Origin: Acidobacteriota bacterium
Lineage (GTDB): Bacteria; Acidobacteriota; Blastocatellia; HR10; J050
Reading direction: 5' to 3'
Assembly: GCA_003696865.1 (NCBI GenBank)
Contig: RFHM01000249.1
Coordinates: 1 to 34,288, forward strand
DNA length: 34,288 nt
A model generated the notes under the pieces. It worked only from the letters and a program-made list of their open reading frames with translations, was not told where the DNA came from and ran no database searches. A program made the translations under genes and the position numbers. Within the stretch, counting starts at the first letter, position 1. The number at the start of each line of letters is the position of its first letter. Positions 1 through 8,464 of this stretch are shown here, in pieces.

Positions 1-43
1 AACTCCCCTCCGGCCTTTCTTCCGGCTATTATTACCGTGCGAC

Positions 44-1624
44 ATGATGTTCGGCGACCTGAAAAACTTTGGCGACATCGTCCGGCGACACGCTGAGTAT
101 AGTGGGAGTCGGATGGGCATCGTGTTTGAGGACGTGCGATTGACGTGGCGGGAGGTGAACGCCCGCGTCAATCGCATCGCCTCGGCGCTGCAGCGGCGAG
201 GCGTCGGTCACGGTGATCGTGTGGCCATCTTGAGCAGAAACTGTCACCAGTACGTTGAATTGCTTTATGGGTTGGCGAAGATCGGCGCCGTCAGCGTACC
301 CATCAACTATCGATTGACGGAGAGAGAGGTCGCCTACATTTGCAACGATGCTGGCGCCATCATGCTCGTTGCTGGACCGGACTACTTCTCCTTGGCCGAG
401 CAGGTGGCCGGACGGTCACCCACGATCAAAGAAGTAATCGGCCTGGGGAAGGACGTGCCCCGCCATTTGCTGGACTACGAGGCGCTCATTCGGGAGGGAG
501 AGGAGTCCGAGCCGGCCCCCGATCGCCCCATCGAGCCGGAAGATTTGCTGTTATTCCTGTACACCAGTGGGACGACGGGATTTCCGAAAGGCGTCATGTA
601 TACGCATCGGCGAACGCTCATCGGCATGTTCGTCCACGTCCATGCCATTGGGAGCCATTCCAGTCACCGCGTGATGTTACCCGCCCCGCTCTACTCGGCA
701 GCGGGGATTGCCGGGATTTTCTGTGCCGTTTACGTGGGAAGTTTCATCGTCATCATCAATTTTGAGCCTCAGCGAGCGCTGGAGACGATAGAGCGGGAGC
801 GCATCACATTCACCAATCTCGTTCCCACGACGATCCAAATGTTGGTCACTCGAGATGATATCGACCACTATGACCTCTCCAGTCTGAGGGTTCTTCTCTA
901 TGGAGGAGCGCCCATGCCCGAGCCGGTGTTGCGACGCGCGGCCGCCGTCTTTAGGTGCGATTTTCGCCAGACCTACGCGACTTCGGAGACGGGATGTTCG
1001 GGAACGGTGCTGGAACCTCATGAACATCGACTCGCTTTGGCCGATGAGCGCTGGACGAAGCTGCTCATGTCCTGTGGTCGCCCGCAATGCAACGTCGCCG
1101 TGCGCGTTGTCAATGATGCTGGTGAGCGCGTGTCGCCAGGTGAAGTGGGAGAGATCTGCGTCTATGCCGATGGAAATATGGTAGGATATTGGAACAATCC
1201 TCAAGCTACGGCTGAGGCGTTGCGCGATGGATGGGTGTACACTGGCGATCTGGCCACCATCGATGAAGAAGGATACATTTACCTGGTCGATCGGAAACAC
1301 GATATGATCGTCACCGGAGCGCTCAATGTCTACCCCTCAGAAGTGGAGCGCGTCCTATACGAACATCCGGCAGTGTTCGAGTGTGCCGTCATCGGCGTGC
1401 CTCATCCGGTATGGGGCGAAGCGGTGAAAGCTGTGGTCGTGCTCAAACCGGGAGCGACGGCGTCCGAAGAGGAGTTGATCGCTTTTTGTAAGGAGCGGCT
1501 CGCCGGTTACAAGACGCCTAAATCGGTGGATTTCGCCCCACGCCTGCCCAGAAACCCAACGGGGAAAGTCCTCCGACGAGTGTTGCGCGAGCCCTACTGG
1601 AAGGATTATCGACGAAGCATCTGA
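44..1624 (+). CDS. AMP-dependent acyl-CoA synthetase/ligase (ANL superfamily, long-chain-fatty-acid--CoA ligase-like), 526 aa
   Basis: P-loop motif LYTSGTTGFPKG, GWVYTGDL, DRKHDMIVTGALNVYPSEVE and C-terminal catalytic Lys in PRNPTGKV. No clear SD; the start could be ATG 44 or 47. Confidence 0.95.
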   Translation: MMFGDLKNFGDIVRRHAEYSGSRMGIVFEDVRLTWREVNARVNRIASALQRRGVGHGDRVAILSRNCHQYVELLYGLAKIGAVSVPINYRLTEREVAYICNDAGAIMLVAGPDYFSLAEQVAGRSPTIKEVIGLGKDVPRHLLDYEALIREGEESEPAPDRPIEPEDLLLFLYTSGTTGFPKGVMYTHRRTLIGMFVHVHAIGSHSSHRVMLPAPLYSAAGIAGIFCAVYVGSFIVIINFEPQRALETIERERITFTNLVPTTIQMLVTRDDIDHYDLSSLRVLLYGGAPMPEPVLRRAAAVFRCDFRQTYATSETGCSGTVLEPHEHRLALADERWTKLLMSCGRPQCNVAVRVVNDAGERVSPGEVGEICVYADGNMVGYWNNPQATAEALRDGWVYTGDLATIDEEGYIYLVDRKHDMIVTGALNVYPSEVERVLYEHPAVFECAVIGVPHPVWGEAVKAVVVLKPGATASEEELIAFCKERLAGYKTPKSVDFAPRLPRNPTGKVLRRVLREPYWKDYRRSI

Positions 1625-1635
1625 GGAGAAACAGC

Positions 1636-2481
1636 ATGCGGATCATCGACATCGTCGTGAACCTGTGGACGCCGGAAGTGACCCGTCAATATACCCATAA
1701 ACTCGATGAATTTTGGCGTCGGGTCAAGATTCTCGATCTCACCAAACAAGGTATCCCGCTGGAGGAGCAGATTCGCCGCATGGATGCCGCGGGCATCGAG
1801 AAAGGGTTACTCATTGCCACGACGGGCGGAAAACCGGGTTCTGACGAGTTCTTCGAAAAACCTTACACGGTGATTCAGGATGTCATCGAGCGACATCCGG
1901 ATCGTTTCAAGGGAATAATCGGCGTGAATGCTCATCGCATCATGCCCTGGTTGGAGAAGGTGGAGCGCGCCGTCCGCGAATTCCATTTCGTCGGCGCTCA
2001 TCTCTATCCCCATTGGCACGGTGTTCCCCCGGACGATCGTATCTTTTATCCGTTTTATGCCAAATGTGCCGAGTTGAGGATTCCCATCGAGATCCAGGTG
2101 GGTCATTCAGCGCAAAGCTTCCTGCCCACAGTAGCGCGGCCGATGACGCTCGATCGTGTGGCCATCGATTTTCCCGAATTGAAGATTATCGGCATTCACA
2201 TCGGTTATCCCTGGACCGAGGAGATGATTTCGTTAGCCTGGAAACATCCCAATGTGTTCATCGGCACGGACGCCCATGCTCCTCGTTACTGGGATCGTTC
2301 GCTCGTTCATTTCATTAATACGCGGGGGCAGGATAAGGTCCTGTTTGGTACGGATTGGCCGGTCGTCGACTTCGAGCGCGCCATCCAGGAAATCGACGCT
2401 CTGGAATTGAAAGAATCGGCCAAAAAGAAGTTGCTCTTCGAAAATGCCGTGAGAGTGTTCAATCTCGAGGGGTGGGTATGA
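1636..2481 (+). CDS. Amidohydrolase-2 / COG2159-type TIM-barrel protein, 281 aa
   Basis: Motifs MDAAGIEKG, PDRFKG, YPFYAKCAEL, DFPELKIIGIHIGYPW, KVLFGTDWP and LFENAVRVF; SD GAGGAG at 1623-1628. Confidence 0.9.
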   Translation: MRIIDIVVNLWTPEVTRQYTHKLDEFWRRVKILDLTKQGIPLEEQIRRMDAAGIEKGLLIATTGGKPGSDEFFEKPYTVIQDVIERHPDRFKGIIGVNAHRIMPWLEKVERAVREFHFVGAHLYPHWHGVPPDDRIFYPFYAKCAELRIPIEIQVGHSAQSFLPTVARPMTLDRVAIDFPELKIIGIHIGYPWTEEMISLAWKHPNVFIGTDAHAPRYWDRSLVHFINTRGQDKVLFGTDWPVVDFERAIQEIDALELKESAKKKLLFENAVRVFNLEGWV

Positions 2482-2966
2482 TGAGATTGACGCACGATCT
2501 ATTACTCTTGATACACGTTCTCCTGATCGTCGTGTGGCTGGGAGGGGATCTCGTTGTGTTCTGGTTGAGTATGAGTTTGCTCAACCGAGAACGGCCCATC
2601 GCCGTACGCCTCGATCGGGCGCACATCGCCGAAGAGATCGACCGATGGGTCGTCATAGCCCTCCTGCTCACCATTCCCATTGGATTTTCGCTCGCTCACA
2701 TGAGTGGTTACCGGTTGTTCGAAACGCCGTGGTTGAGTTTGAAGTTGGCCTTCTTCGGCATCATTCTCCTGGTCGGCATAGGGATTCTGACCGGCGCGGC
2801 GGGGACGACGCAGACGTTGGAGCGTATTGCCGAGCGCCAGGGAGACGTCGAGGCACTGGAGGCGCGACTCCGCCGACGCATCCTCGTGATGGCTCCTCCA
2901 GCGGTGACCATTCACGTATGCATCGTCATCATCATCTTCATCGCTTTGACGAAATACCGGTGGTGA
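2478..2966 (+). CDS. Four-helix integral membrane protein (DUF2269/CopD/HemJ-like pattern), about 162 aa
   Basis: ATG 2478 overlaps the upstream stop (ATGA). Four hydrophobic segments, with IHVLLIVVWLGG in TM1 and WLSLKL before TM3. The ORF-track start at 2355 lies inside the previous gene. Confidence 0.8.
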   Translation: MMRLTHDLLLLIHVLLIVVWLGGDLVVFWLSMSLLNRERPIAVRLDRAHIAEEIDRWVVIALLLTIPIGFSLAHMSGYRLFETPWLSLKLAFFGIILLVGIGILTGAAGTTQTLERIAERQGDVEALEARLRRRILVMAPPAVTIHVCIVIIIFIALTKYRW

Positions 2967-2988
2967 AGGGTAGAAGGAGGATACGCGA

Positions 2989-3204
2989 ATGATCCTGGTA
3001 TGGCTTTTCTGGCTGGAAGTGTTGAGCTTCTCTTTATACGCCCTCTGGCGGCTTTCGGTGAGTGCCAGGGCAGATTCCCTCACCGGATATCAATGGGCTG
3101 ATATGGTCATCTACGGATTGGTGTTCCTTTACGGCCTCTATGGATTCGCCTCGTTCCTTCGTCGCCGGCTGACCGCTCAACCATCGGAAGCCAAGGCCCG
3201 ATGA
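2989..3204 (+). CDS. Small two-TM membrane protein, 71 aa
   Basis: Strong SD GAAGGAGG just upstream, two hydrophobic helices, basic RRR after TM2, and an in-operon position. Confidence 0.7.
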   Translation: MILVWLFWLEVLSFSLYALWRLSVSARADSLTGYQWADMVIYGLVFLYGLYGFASFLRRRLTAQPSEAKAR

Positions 3205-3277
3205 GAGCGATGATCGCCTCTTCGGTGAGGCGGACGGGCGAACCGTGATCTCATCTTAGCTAATGAAGGAGGTGTGT

Positions 3278-3535
3278 ATGGCCAAGGGCAAGAAACGCCG
3301 ATTGAGCCCGGCCGTGCGGGCGTGGCTCAAAAAGGAGTTGAAGGAGCAACAGGAGCGCTATAGAAAGATCGTAAAAGAGATGGAGGCGCTCGCCCCTCAA
3401 AGGGAGAAATGGATCCAAGAATTCTTCCAGCGGATTCAGACGCGAGGATTTTGCGTCCATGCCGACATTCGTCGTCGCATCAAACCCGAAGAGATCCCTC
3501 AGCGGCCCAAGCGCAAGCTTCGCGTCATCTATTGA
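3278..3535 (+). CDS. Small basic helical hypothetical protein, 85 aa
   Basis: SD AAGGAGGT at 3266-3273 before ATG 3278 (MAKGKKRR...). K/R/E-rich amphipathic sequence that fills the operon gap. Confidence 0.8.
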   Translation: MAKGKKRRLSPAVRAWLKKELKEQQERYRKIVKEMEALAPQREKWIQEFFQRIQTRGFCVHADIRRRIKPEEIPQRPKRKLRVIY

Positions 3536-3621
3536 CGAGCACGCCCTTTTCACAGACATGGGGCGGTGCTCTTCATTCCATCAGATCACCATGCCAGTCT
3601 CAGCATAGAGAGGAGGAAACG

Positions 3622-4491
3622 ATGGCACGACCTCACATTGAACCATTTTGCGACAGAGATGTTCCGTTCAAGAAGATGACGTTGCCCGGATTCCCTTCGG
3701 GGATGCACTACAAGATGCTCAGTCTGGATAAAGACACGGGTGCGTGTACGATGACCGTTCAGTTCGATGCCGGATACCGGCAGCCTCCTGGATTCAGCTA
3801 TTCGGATATCGAGCTGCTCATCATGGAAGGAGGGTTGCGAGTGGGCGATGAGATGTGCGGACCGGGTACGTATTTCTTTATCCCCGCCGGAGTGGCTCTG
3901 CCCGCCGTATCCACTAAGACGGGCTGTCTGGCCCTGCTCATGTATAATCAGACGGAGCCCAATTTTGTGGAATCCGACGAGGATGGTGACGGCGCCGATC
4001 GTTCCCGGCTCATTCAGGTGAATGCCTACGACGACCTCAGTTGGCAGGTGCCGACATTGATGCCCGCCACGGCACCCGGATGTCTTCTGAAGATTCTTCG
4101 TTGGGATGAGGTGACCGGCGCTCTGTCGTTCCTCTACTGCATGGTGCCCGGATTCTGGCAGGATAATATCTCGTTTCACGATTGTGCCGAAGAAGCCTAT
4201 CATATTTGGGGAACGTCCTGGATCATGCAGTTTGGCGATCTGCCCACGGGCGGATATTTCTGGCGGCCTCCGTATATCAATCATGGGCCGTTCGCCAGCG
4301 AACATGGGATTCTCGCCTTTGGTCGAACGGATGGCGAACTTTATAATCACTTCCACTTCAATCCCTACACGACGCTCAAGGAGAATCGTGAATGGGCGGC
4401 CGAGAAGTTGAAGCATCGAAAGCCGGCCCTCTTCAAATGGATCGTCGCTCACGAGCACAATCATCTGACGGGCAGCGAACTCAAGAAATAG
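3622..4491 (+). CDS. DUF4437-like / ChrR-type bicupin protein, 289 aa
   Basis: SD GAGGAGG before ATG 3622 (MARPHIEPF). Two internally similar halves (KMLSLDKDTGA / KILRWDEVTGA; PGTYFFIPAG / GGYFWRPPYINHGPF) and cupin ligands in HDCAEEAY...H. Confidence 0.85.
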   Translation: MARPHIEPFCDRDVPFKKMTLPGFPSGMHYKMLSLDKDTGACTMTVQFDAGYRQPPGFSYSDIELLIMEGGLRVGDEMCGPGTYFFIPAGVALPAVSTKTGCLALLMYNQTEPNFVESDEDGDGADRSRLIQVNAYDDLSWQVPTLMPATAPGCLLKILRWDEVTGALSFLYCMVPGFWQDNISFHDCAEEAYHIWGTSWIMQFGDLPTGGYFWRPPYINHGPFASEHGILAFGRTDGELYNHFHFNPYTTLKENREWAAEKLKHRKPALFKWIVAHEHNHLTGSELKK

Positions 4492-4667
4492 GCCGCCACG
4501 CTGACTAACGATCAGTGCTGTGGGACGAACAATGAAGTGACGCCCGCGGACGGGTGTCCGGGCGGGGAACGATGGCTTCCCGATCACTGCCCGGTTGGAT
4601 CTGAAAGAACGGGATCGACTGGCCATCATTCCCGTTCGGAGAAGGATAGAATCCAGGAGGATCTGAT

Positions 4668-5120
4668 ATGAGCAAATCTCCACCAGACGCTCTCATACCC
4701 GAGGACGCCATGTCGCCAGAATCGACGAGAGGGGGTGAATCCTCGCGACATCACTTCGTCAACCTGGTGACGCGATATTTCGAAGCTGTCGATGCCAAGG
4801 ATGTCGACGGGACGTTGGCCTGTTTTAACGATGACGCCATTCTCATCGTCCAGACGGATCATCGCCGGTATGAGGGAAAGTCGGCCATCCGGGAGATGTT
4901 CGTTGGACTCTATGAGGATACCGATGAGATGACCCATCGCGTCGTGAATTGGGTCGTCGATCCGGCGGCCAACGCCTGCGCCACGGAGCAGATCTATAGA
5001 GGGAAGTTGAAGGATGGATCCCTCTACGATATGCACAATTGTAATTTCTTCGAGTTCAGGGGCGGAAAGTTTCAGCGCGTGACCATTTTCTTGAGCGGGG
5101 CGAGCCCGCTGCGGTCGTGA
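4668..5120 (+). CDS. NTF2-like / SnoaL-like fold protein, 150 aa
   Basis: YFEAVDAKDVDGTLACFNDDA...YEGKSAIREMF...CNFFEFRGGKFQRV is the typical NTF2-like pattern; SD GGAGG upstream. Confidence 0.88.
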   Translation: MSKSPPDALIPEDAMSPESTRGGESSRHHFVNLVTRYFEAVDAKDVDGTLACFNDDAILIVQTDHRRYEGKSAIREMFVGLYEDTDEMTHRVVNWVVDPAANACATEQIYRGKLKDGSLYDMHNCNFFEFRGGKFQRVTIFLSGASPLRS

Positions 5121-5244
5121 GCGCGTGCAGCCATCCTGAGAGCGCGTTTCTCTCCTCGAGAAGGGGTGGGAACCACGTGAGGAGCGATCGCGCCTCTCAT
5201 GCCCCCTTTGGGAACTCTTGTCTGATTCGGAGAGGAGAGCGGCA

Positions 5245-6153
5245 ATGAGAGCAAAAAAAAGTACGTCATGGATGACCGGTATCGTCATCGTCATCGGGCT
5301 CGTGATGTGGGCCTGGGGAAAGCCGGGCCATCGACCTGATGGAACGCCGATGGGATCGGGACAAAAGAGCCTGGGCCAGCTTTGGCTGGAGATGCAGGCG
5401 ACGACCCAGGAGACGTTGTACTACATGAAAGGATATGCCTATGCGTTCATTCCCGGGCAGCGGCCACGGCGGTTGTTCGGCCTGGAGGGATATAACATTC
5501 GTCGATTGATCGAGACGCCCGAGAAGGATGGTTATTTCGTCGCCACCCGGGAGATCGTCTTCTACACTGATCCTCGAACGGGCGAAGTCCTCTGGGAGTG
5601 GGAGAATCCGTTCACCGGAGAAAAAGTCGAGGTTTTTCACATCACTAACGACCCGGTCAACTTTCGCGTTCGCATTCGCGATGGCCGGTATTATAGCGTC
5701 TCTCTGGACGGCCGGCGCGAGTTCGGTGAGATGAGACCGCCTCAGGAGTGGGAAGACTTCTATGTGTGGTACGCGGATGTTTTCCCGTTCTACCCGCTCC
5801 CCGGCTGGAAGAAGAATTATACGGCCGCCGAACTCTTTGACTTCTACGTTCCCAAGCGAGCCCAGTACACCCAGGGACCGCCTGAGGTCATGGTCAGTTG
5901 GACGCGAGTCGGCCCCTGGCTCCCCTGGATGCACATGGATGACCATGACGGCGTGATGATCTATCACGCCCGAAGTCGAAGATTCACCTCCTGGAATGAG
6001 CTCCCCGATCACATCAAGCGATTGGTCAAAGAGAAGTATCCGCTGTATATGAGGGCTCCGGATAAGGTCGATCCACATCGACCGAATGCGACCTCCTGGA
6101 CGGTATACATGGAGAAGATGAAGAAGCGAAAGGCTCGCCAAAAGGGACAGTGA
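5245..6153 (+). CDS. DUF1838 family protein with N-terminal signal/anchor, about 302 aa
   Basis: Family-like motifs LFGLEGYNIRR, REIVFYTDPRTGEVLWEWENPFTGEKVEVFHITNDPVN, ELFDFY and SWTRVGPWLPWM. SD GAGGAG before ATG 5245; basic N-terminus followed by hydrophobic GIVIVIGLVMWAWG. Confidence 0.85.
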   Translation: MRAKKSTSWMTGIVIVIGLVMWAWGKPGHRPDGTPMGSGQKSLGQLWLEMQATTQETLYYMKGYAYAFIPGQRPRRLFGLEGYNIRRLIETPEKDGYFVATREIVFYTDPRTGEVLWEWENPFTGEKVEVFHITNDPVNFRVRIRDGRYYSVSLDGRREFGEMRPPQEWEDFYVWYADVFPFYPLPGWKKNYTAAELFDFYVPKRAQYTQGPPEVMVSWTRVGPWLPWMHMDDHDGVMIYHARSRRFTSWNELPDHIKRLVKEKYPLYMRAPDKVDPHRPNATSWTVYMEKMKKRKARQKGQ

Positions 6154-6309
6154 GGAGTCGGTCATCGCGGATAAGATATGGTGAGAGTCCAGGACGCAAC
6201 CGATGGGCCATGCACTCTGACGTTCGAACCTCATGCTATTGCTCGTTAACGCCGGTCGAGGAAACCCGATTCATGGCGCGATGAGAGAGATGGGGAAGGA
6301 GAGTGAGCG

Positions 6310-7269
6310 ATGGTGGAACGGCAACTCTGGGTGAGTCCGGTGAGAAGCGTGATGAGGCTCGTCTCTCGTCTGGATGAGGCTCGGCGTCTCTATGAAGAGG
6401 CGTTAGGGCTGACGTGCCTCGCCGAGACGGAGAACATCCCTCCGACCATGCGAGAATTATGGGGGATCGATGGTCATTCGCTTCGCATGGCGCAGTTGGG
6501 CCAACCCGGTGAGCCGTGGGGGACGATCGAACTCATCCAGTGGCCGGGCGCCGATCATCGGCCATCTCCCGATTCTCCTCACCCAGAGGGACTTGGATTG
6601 TTCACTCTGAATTTCCTCACCAAAGACTTGGATCGAGCCATGCAACGACTCGCGTCGCGGGGGGCGTCGTTCGTCTCCTCTCCTCAAGTTTATGAGACGA
6701 TGCCGGGCCGGATCATCCACGAAGTCGTCGCCCGGGCGCCGACTGGCGAACGATGGACGCTCCTCCAGATTGGCGAGAAGATTGACGATGGTCAACATCC
6801 CCTCGGCCGAGCCATCGCGACGGTGGGGACGATGGTCGCTTCGTTGGAAGAAGCGCGGGCCTTCTATGCCGGTATTCTTGGGCTGACCGTCGCACTGGAG
6901 CTGGAAGGGAAGGGAGAGCCGTTCTCCACGCTCCTGGGAGCGCCTCCGGAGACGGAGATGAAGTTGATGTTGTTCACCAGTGGCGAGACCTGGGTGGGGA
7001 AGATCGAGACCCTCCAGCTCAAACTTCCCGGGGGAGATCATCGGTCGACCGGCGATTTCGCGCTCGCCCGGGCCGGGGGCTATTGGATGATGAGCGTCCT
7101 CGTTTCGGGTTTGGATGAACTGATCATTCGTTGTCGCCAACGGGGAGTTCGCTTGCTCCAGGGTCCCCTTGCCGTGGAGCGACCGTTTCTCGGTTCAGCG
7201 CGGGCGATGATCATCGATGGGCCGGGGAACATACGATTGGAGCTCGTCGAGCGCACTGCAGATGCGTAG
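6310..7269 (+). CDS. VOC (glyoxalase/bleomycin-resistance/dioxygenase) family protein with two tandem domains, 319 aa
   Basis: Repeated VSRLDEARRLYEEALGL / VASLEEARAFYAGILGL; terminal DGPGNIRLELVE; SD AAGGAG upstream. Confidence 0.88.
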   Translation: MVERQLWVSPVRSVMRLVSRLDEARRLYEEALGLTCLAETENIPPTMRELWGIDGHSLRMAQLGQPGEPWGTIELIQWPGADHRPSPDSPHPEGLGLFTLNFLTKDLDRAMQRLASRGASFVSSPQVYETMPGRIIHEVVARAPTGERWTLLQIGEKIDDGQHPLGRAIATVGTMVASLEEARAFYAGILGLTVALELEGKGEPFSTLLGAPPETEMKLMLFTSGETWVGKIETLQLKLPGGDHRSTGDFALARAGGYWMMSVLVSGLDELIIRCRQRGVRLLQGPLAVERPFLGSARAMIIDGPGNIRLELVERTADA

Positions 7270-7320
7270 ATCGACCGGTGGCCTCACGATACATGCCGGA
7301 CAGGACTCGTGACTCGTGGG

Positions 7321-8289
7321 TTACACCACGATTCCGGCGCGCAGGCGGGCCTGTTCGGAAGACCGCCCATCGAAGGCCATCTTGGGATGTGTGACCATTT
7401 TCATGCGCCTCAGGCTGGCGGGCATATCCGGCCAGAGCTTATTGCTGATGAGAATCATCTGACACTGGCCCGACTTGAGGCGGCGCTTCACATCCTCGAC
7501 GGTAGTGAATGGCCTGACCCGGAAGTTCACCTTCTTGCTGGCAAAGCCCCGCTGATAGTTGGCCAGGATGAGCCCTCCATAGCTGGCGAAATCGTGCTCA
7601 TCGAGGATGATCTCCACCGTGGCCCCATCCCGAAGCGCGTTGATCTCGTCGATCATCGTTTGGGTGAACTTGAGGCCGATGGGAATGATATCGGCATTGG
7701 GATGGGTGACGAGGCGGGTCACTTCACCATATCGCCAATGATTGGTGAATACTTTCAAAGGAATATCTGATGGGATCTCATCGAGCACCTGGATCCGACT
7801 CATGGCCAGACCGGCAACAGTCATCTGCCAGGCGCGACTGATTTGATCGGCCCGTTCGCGAGCTAATGACTCCGTGATATCCACGTAGAAGAAGCGCTGT
7901 TGAGCCCGCTCCCGCTCGAGCGCCAATTGATAGAGCATGCGGGCAAAAGATGTTCCAGCCAACCCGGCGGCGAGAGCTCTGGTCAGCGTCTCCTCGGCGA
8001 GTTTCTGACTCCGGCCGGCGAGGGCCAGATCGTTGGGATAAGAGAGTTCCGTATGGACGATCACTCCTTTGCCATGTTTGAGTTTCAAGATGCCGAACGA
8101 CTCCAGTTCCAGGTAAGCGCGACGCACGATGTTTCGACTCACACCCAACTCCTTCTCCACGTCGCGAATGGAGGGGAGCGTATCCCCAGGGCGGAGTTCG
8201 CCGAGGAGGAGTCCGAGCTTGATGCGATCGATGATCTGGGCGTGCGGGGGAATTTGACTATACGGTTCGAGGTAAAATTTGATTCCCAT
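7321..8289 (-). CDS. GntR family transcriptional regulator (YtrA-like wHTH plus long C-terminal domain), 322 aa
   Basis: PPHAQIIDRIK...GELRPGDTLPSIRDVEKELGVSRNIVRRAYLELESFGIL...GKGVIV is a GntR winged HTH; SD GGGGAG on the minus strand. Confidence 0.92.
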   Translation of the reverse strand: MGIKFYLEPYSQIPPHAQIIDRIKLGLLLGELRPGDTLPSIRDVEKELGVSRNIVRRAYLELESFGILKLKHGKGVIVHTELSYPNDLALAGRSQKLAEETLTRALAAGLAGTSFARMLYQLALERERAQQRFFYVDITESLARERADQISRAWQMTVAGLAMSRIQVLDEIPSDIPLKVFTNHWRYGEVTRLVTHPNADIIPIGLKFTQTMIDEINALRDGATVEIILDEHDFASYGGLILANYQRGFASKKVNFRVRPFTTVEDVKRRLKSGQCQMILISNKLWPDMPASLRRMKMVTHPKMAFDGRSSEQARLRAGIVV

Positions 8290-8407
8290 AGGTTCTCCCC
8301 AATCTAGATCGTGGATGCGTCACATCGGGACCATCTTCTCAGATGGCCTCCGGTTGGCGTCTTCCAGCCCCTCCCTCCAATCTCCTCGGAGGGGGCCCAA
8401 AAAGTCG

Positions 8408-8464
8408 TTGACATTGACGACGAATTGGGAAACAATACTGTTTGGATTTTAAAACAATTGTGTT
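8408..8464. promoter_or_regulatory. Divergent control region: candidate sigma70 promoter (TTGACA-N17-AACAAT) overlapped by two AACA-N4-TGTT palindromes
   Basis: TTGACA at 8408-8413 and AACAAT at 8431-8436. AACAatacTGTT at 8431-8442 and AACAattgTGTT at 8453-8464 are 22 bp apart in an AT-rich patch between gntR and the receptor gene. Confidence 0.55.

Noticed and set aside
3409-3621. N-terminal extensions given by the ORF track (also 2355, 5218, 8664, 12182, 16760, 25505, 26430)
   Set aside because: They overlap upstream genes or lack an SD. Downstream ATGs with an SD or a stop-start overlap give family-typical N-termini.
5253-5260. A8 homopolymer at the 5' end of the DUF1838 gene as a phase-variation tract
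   Set aside because: It is short, in frame, and simply encodes Ala-Lys-Lys-Ser in the basic n-region of a signal sequence.
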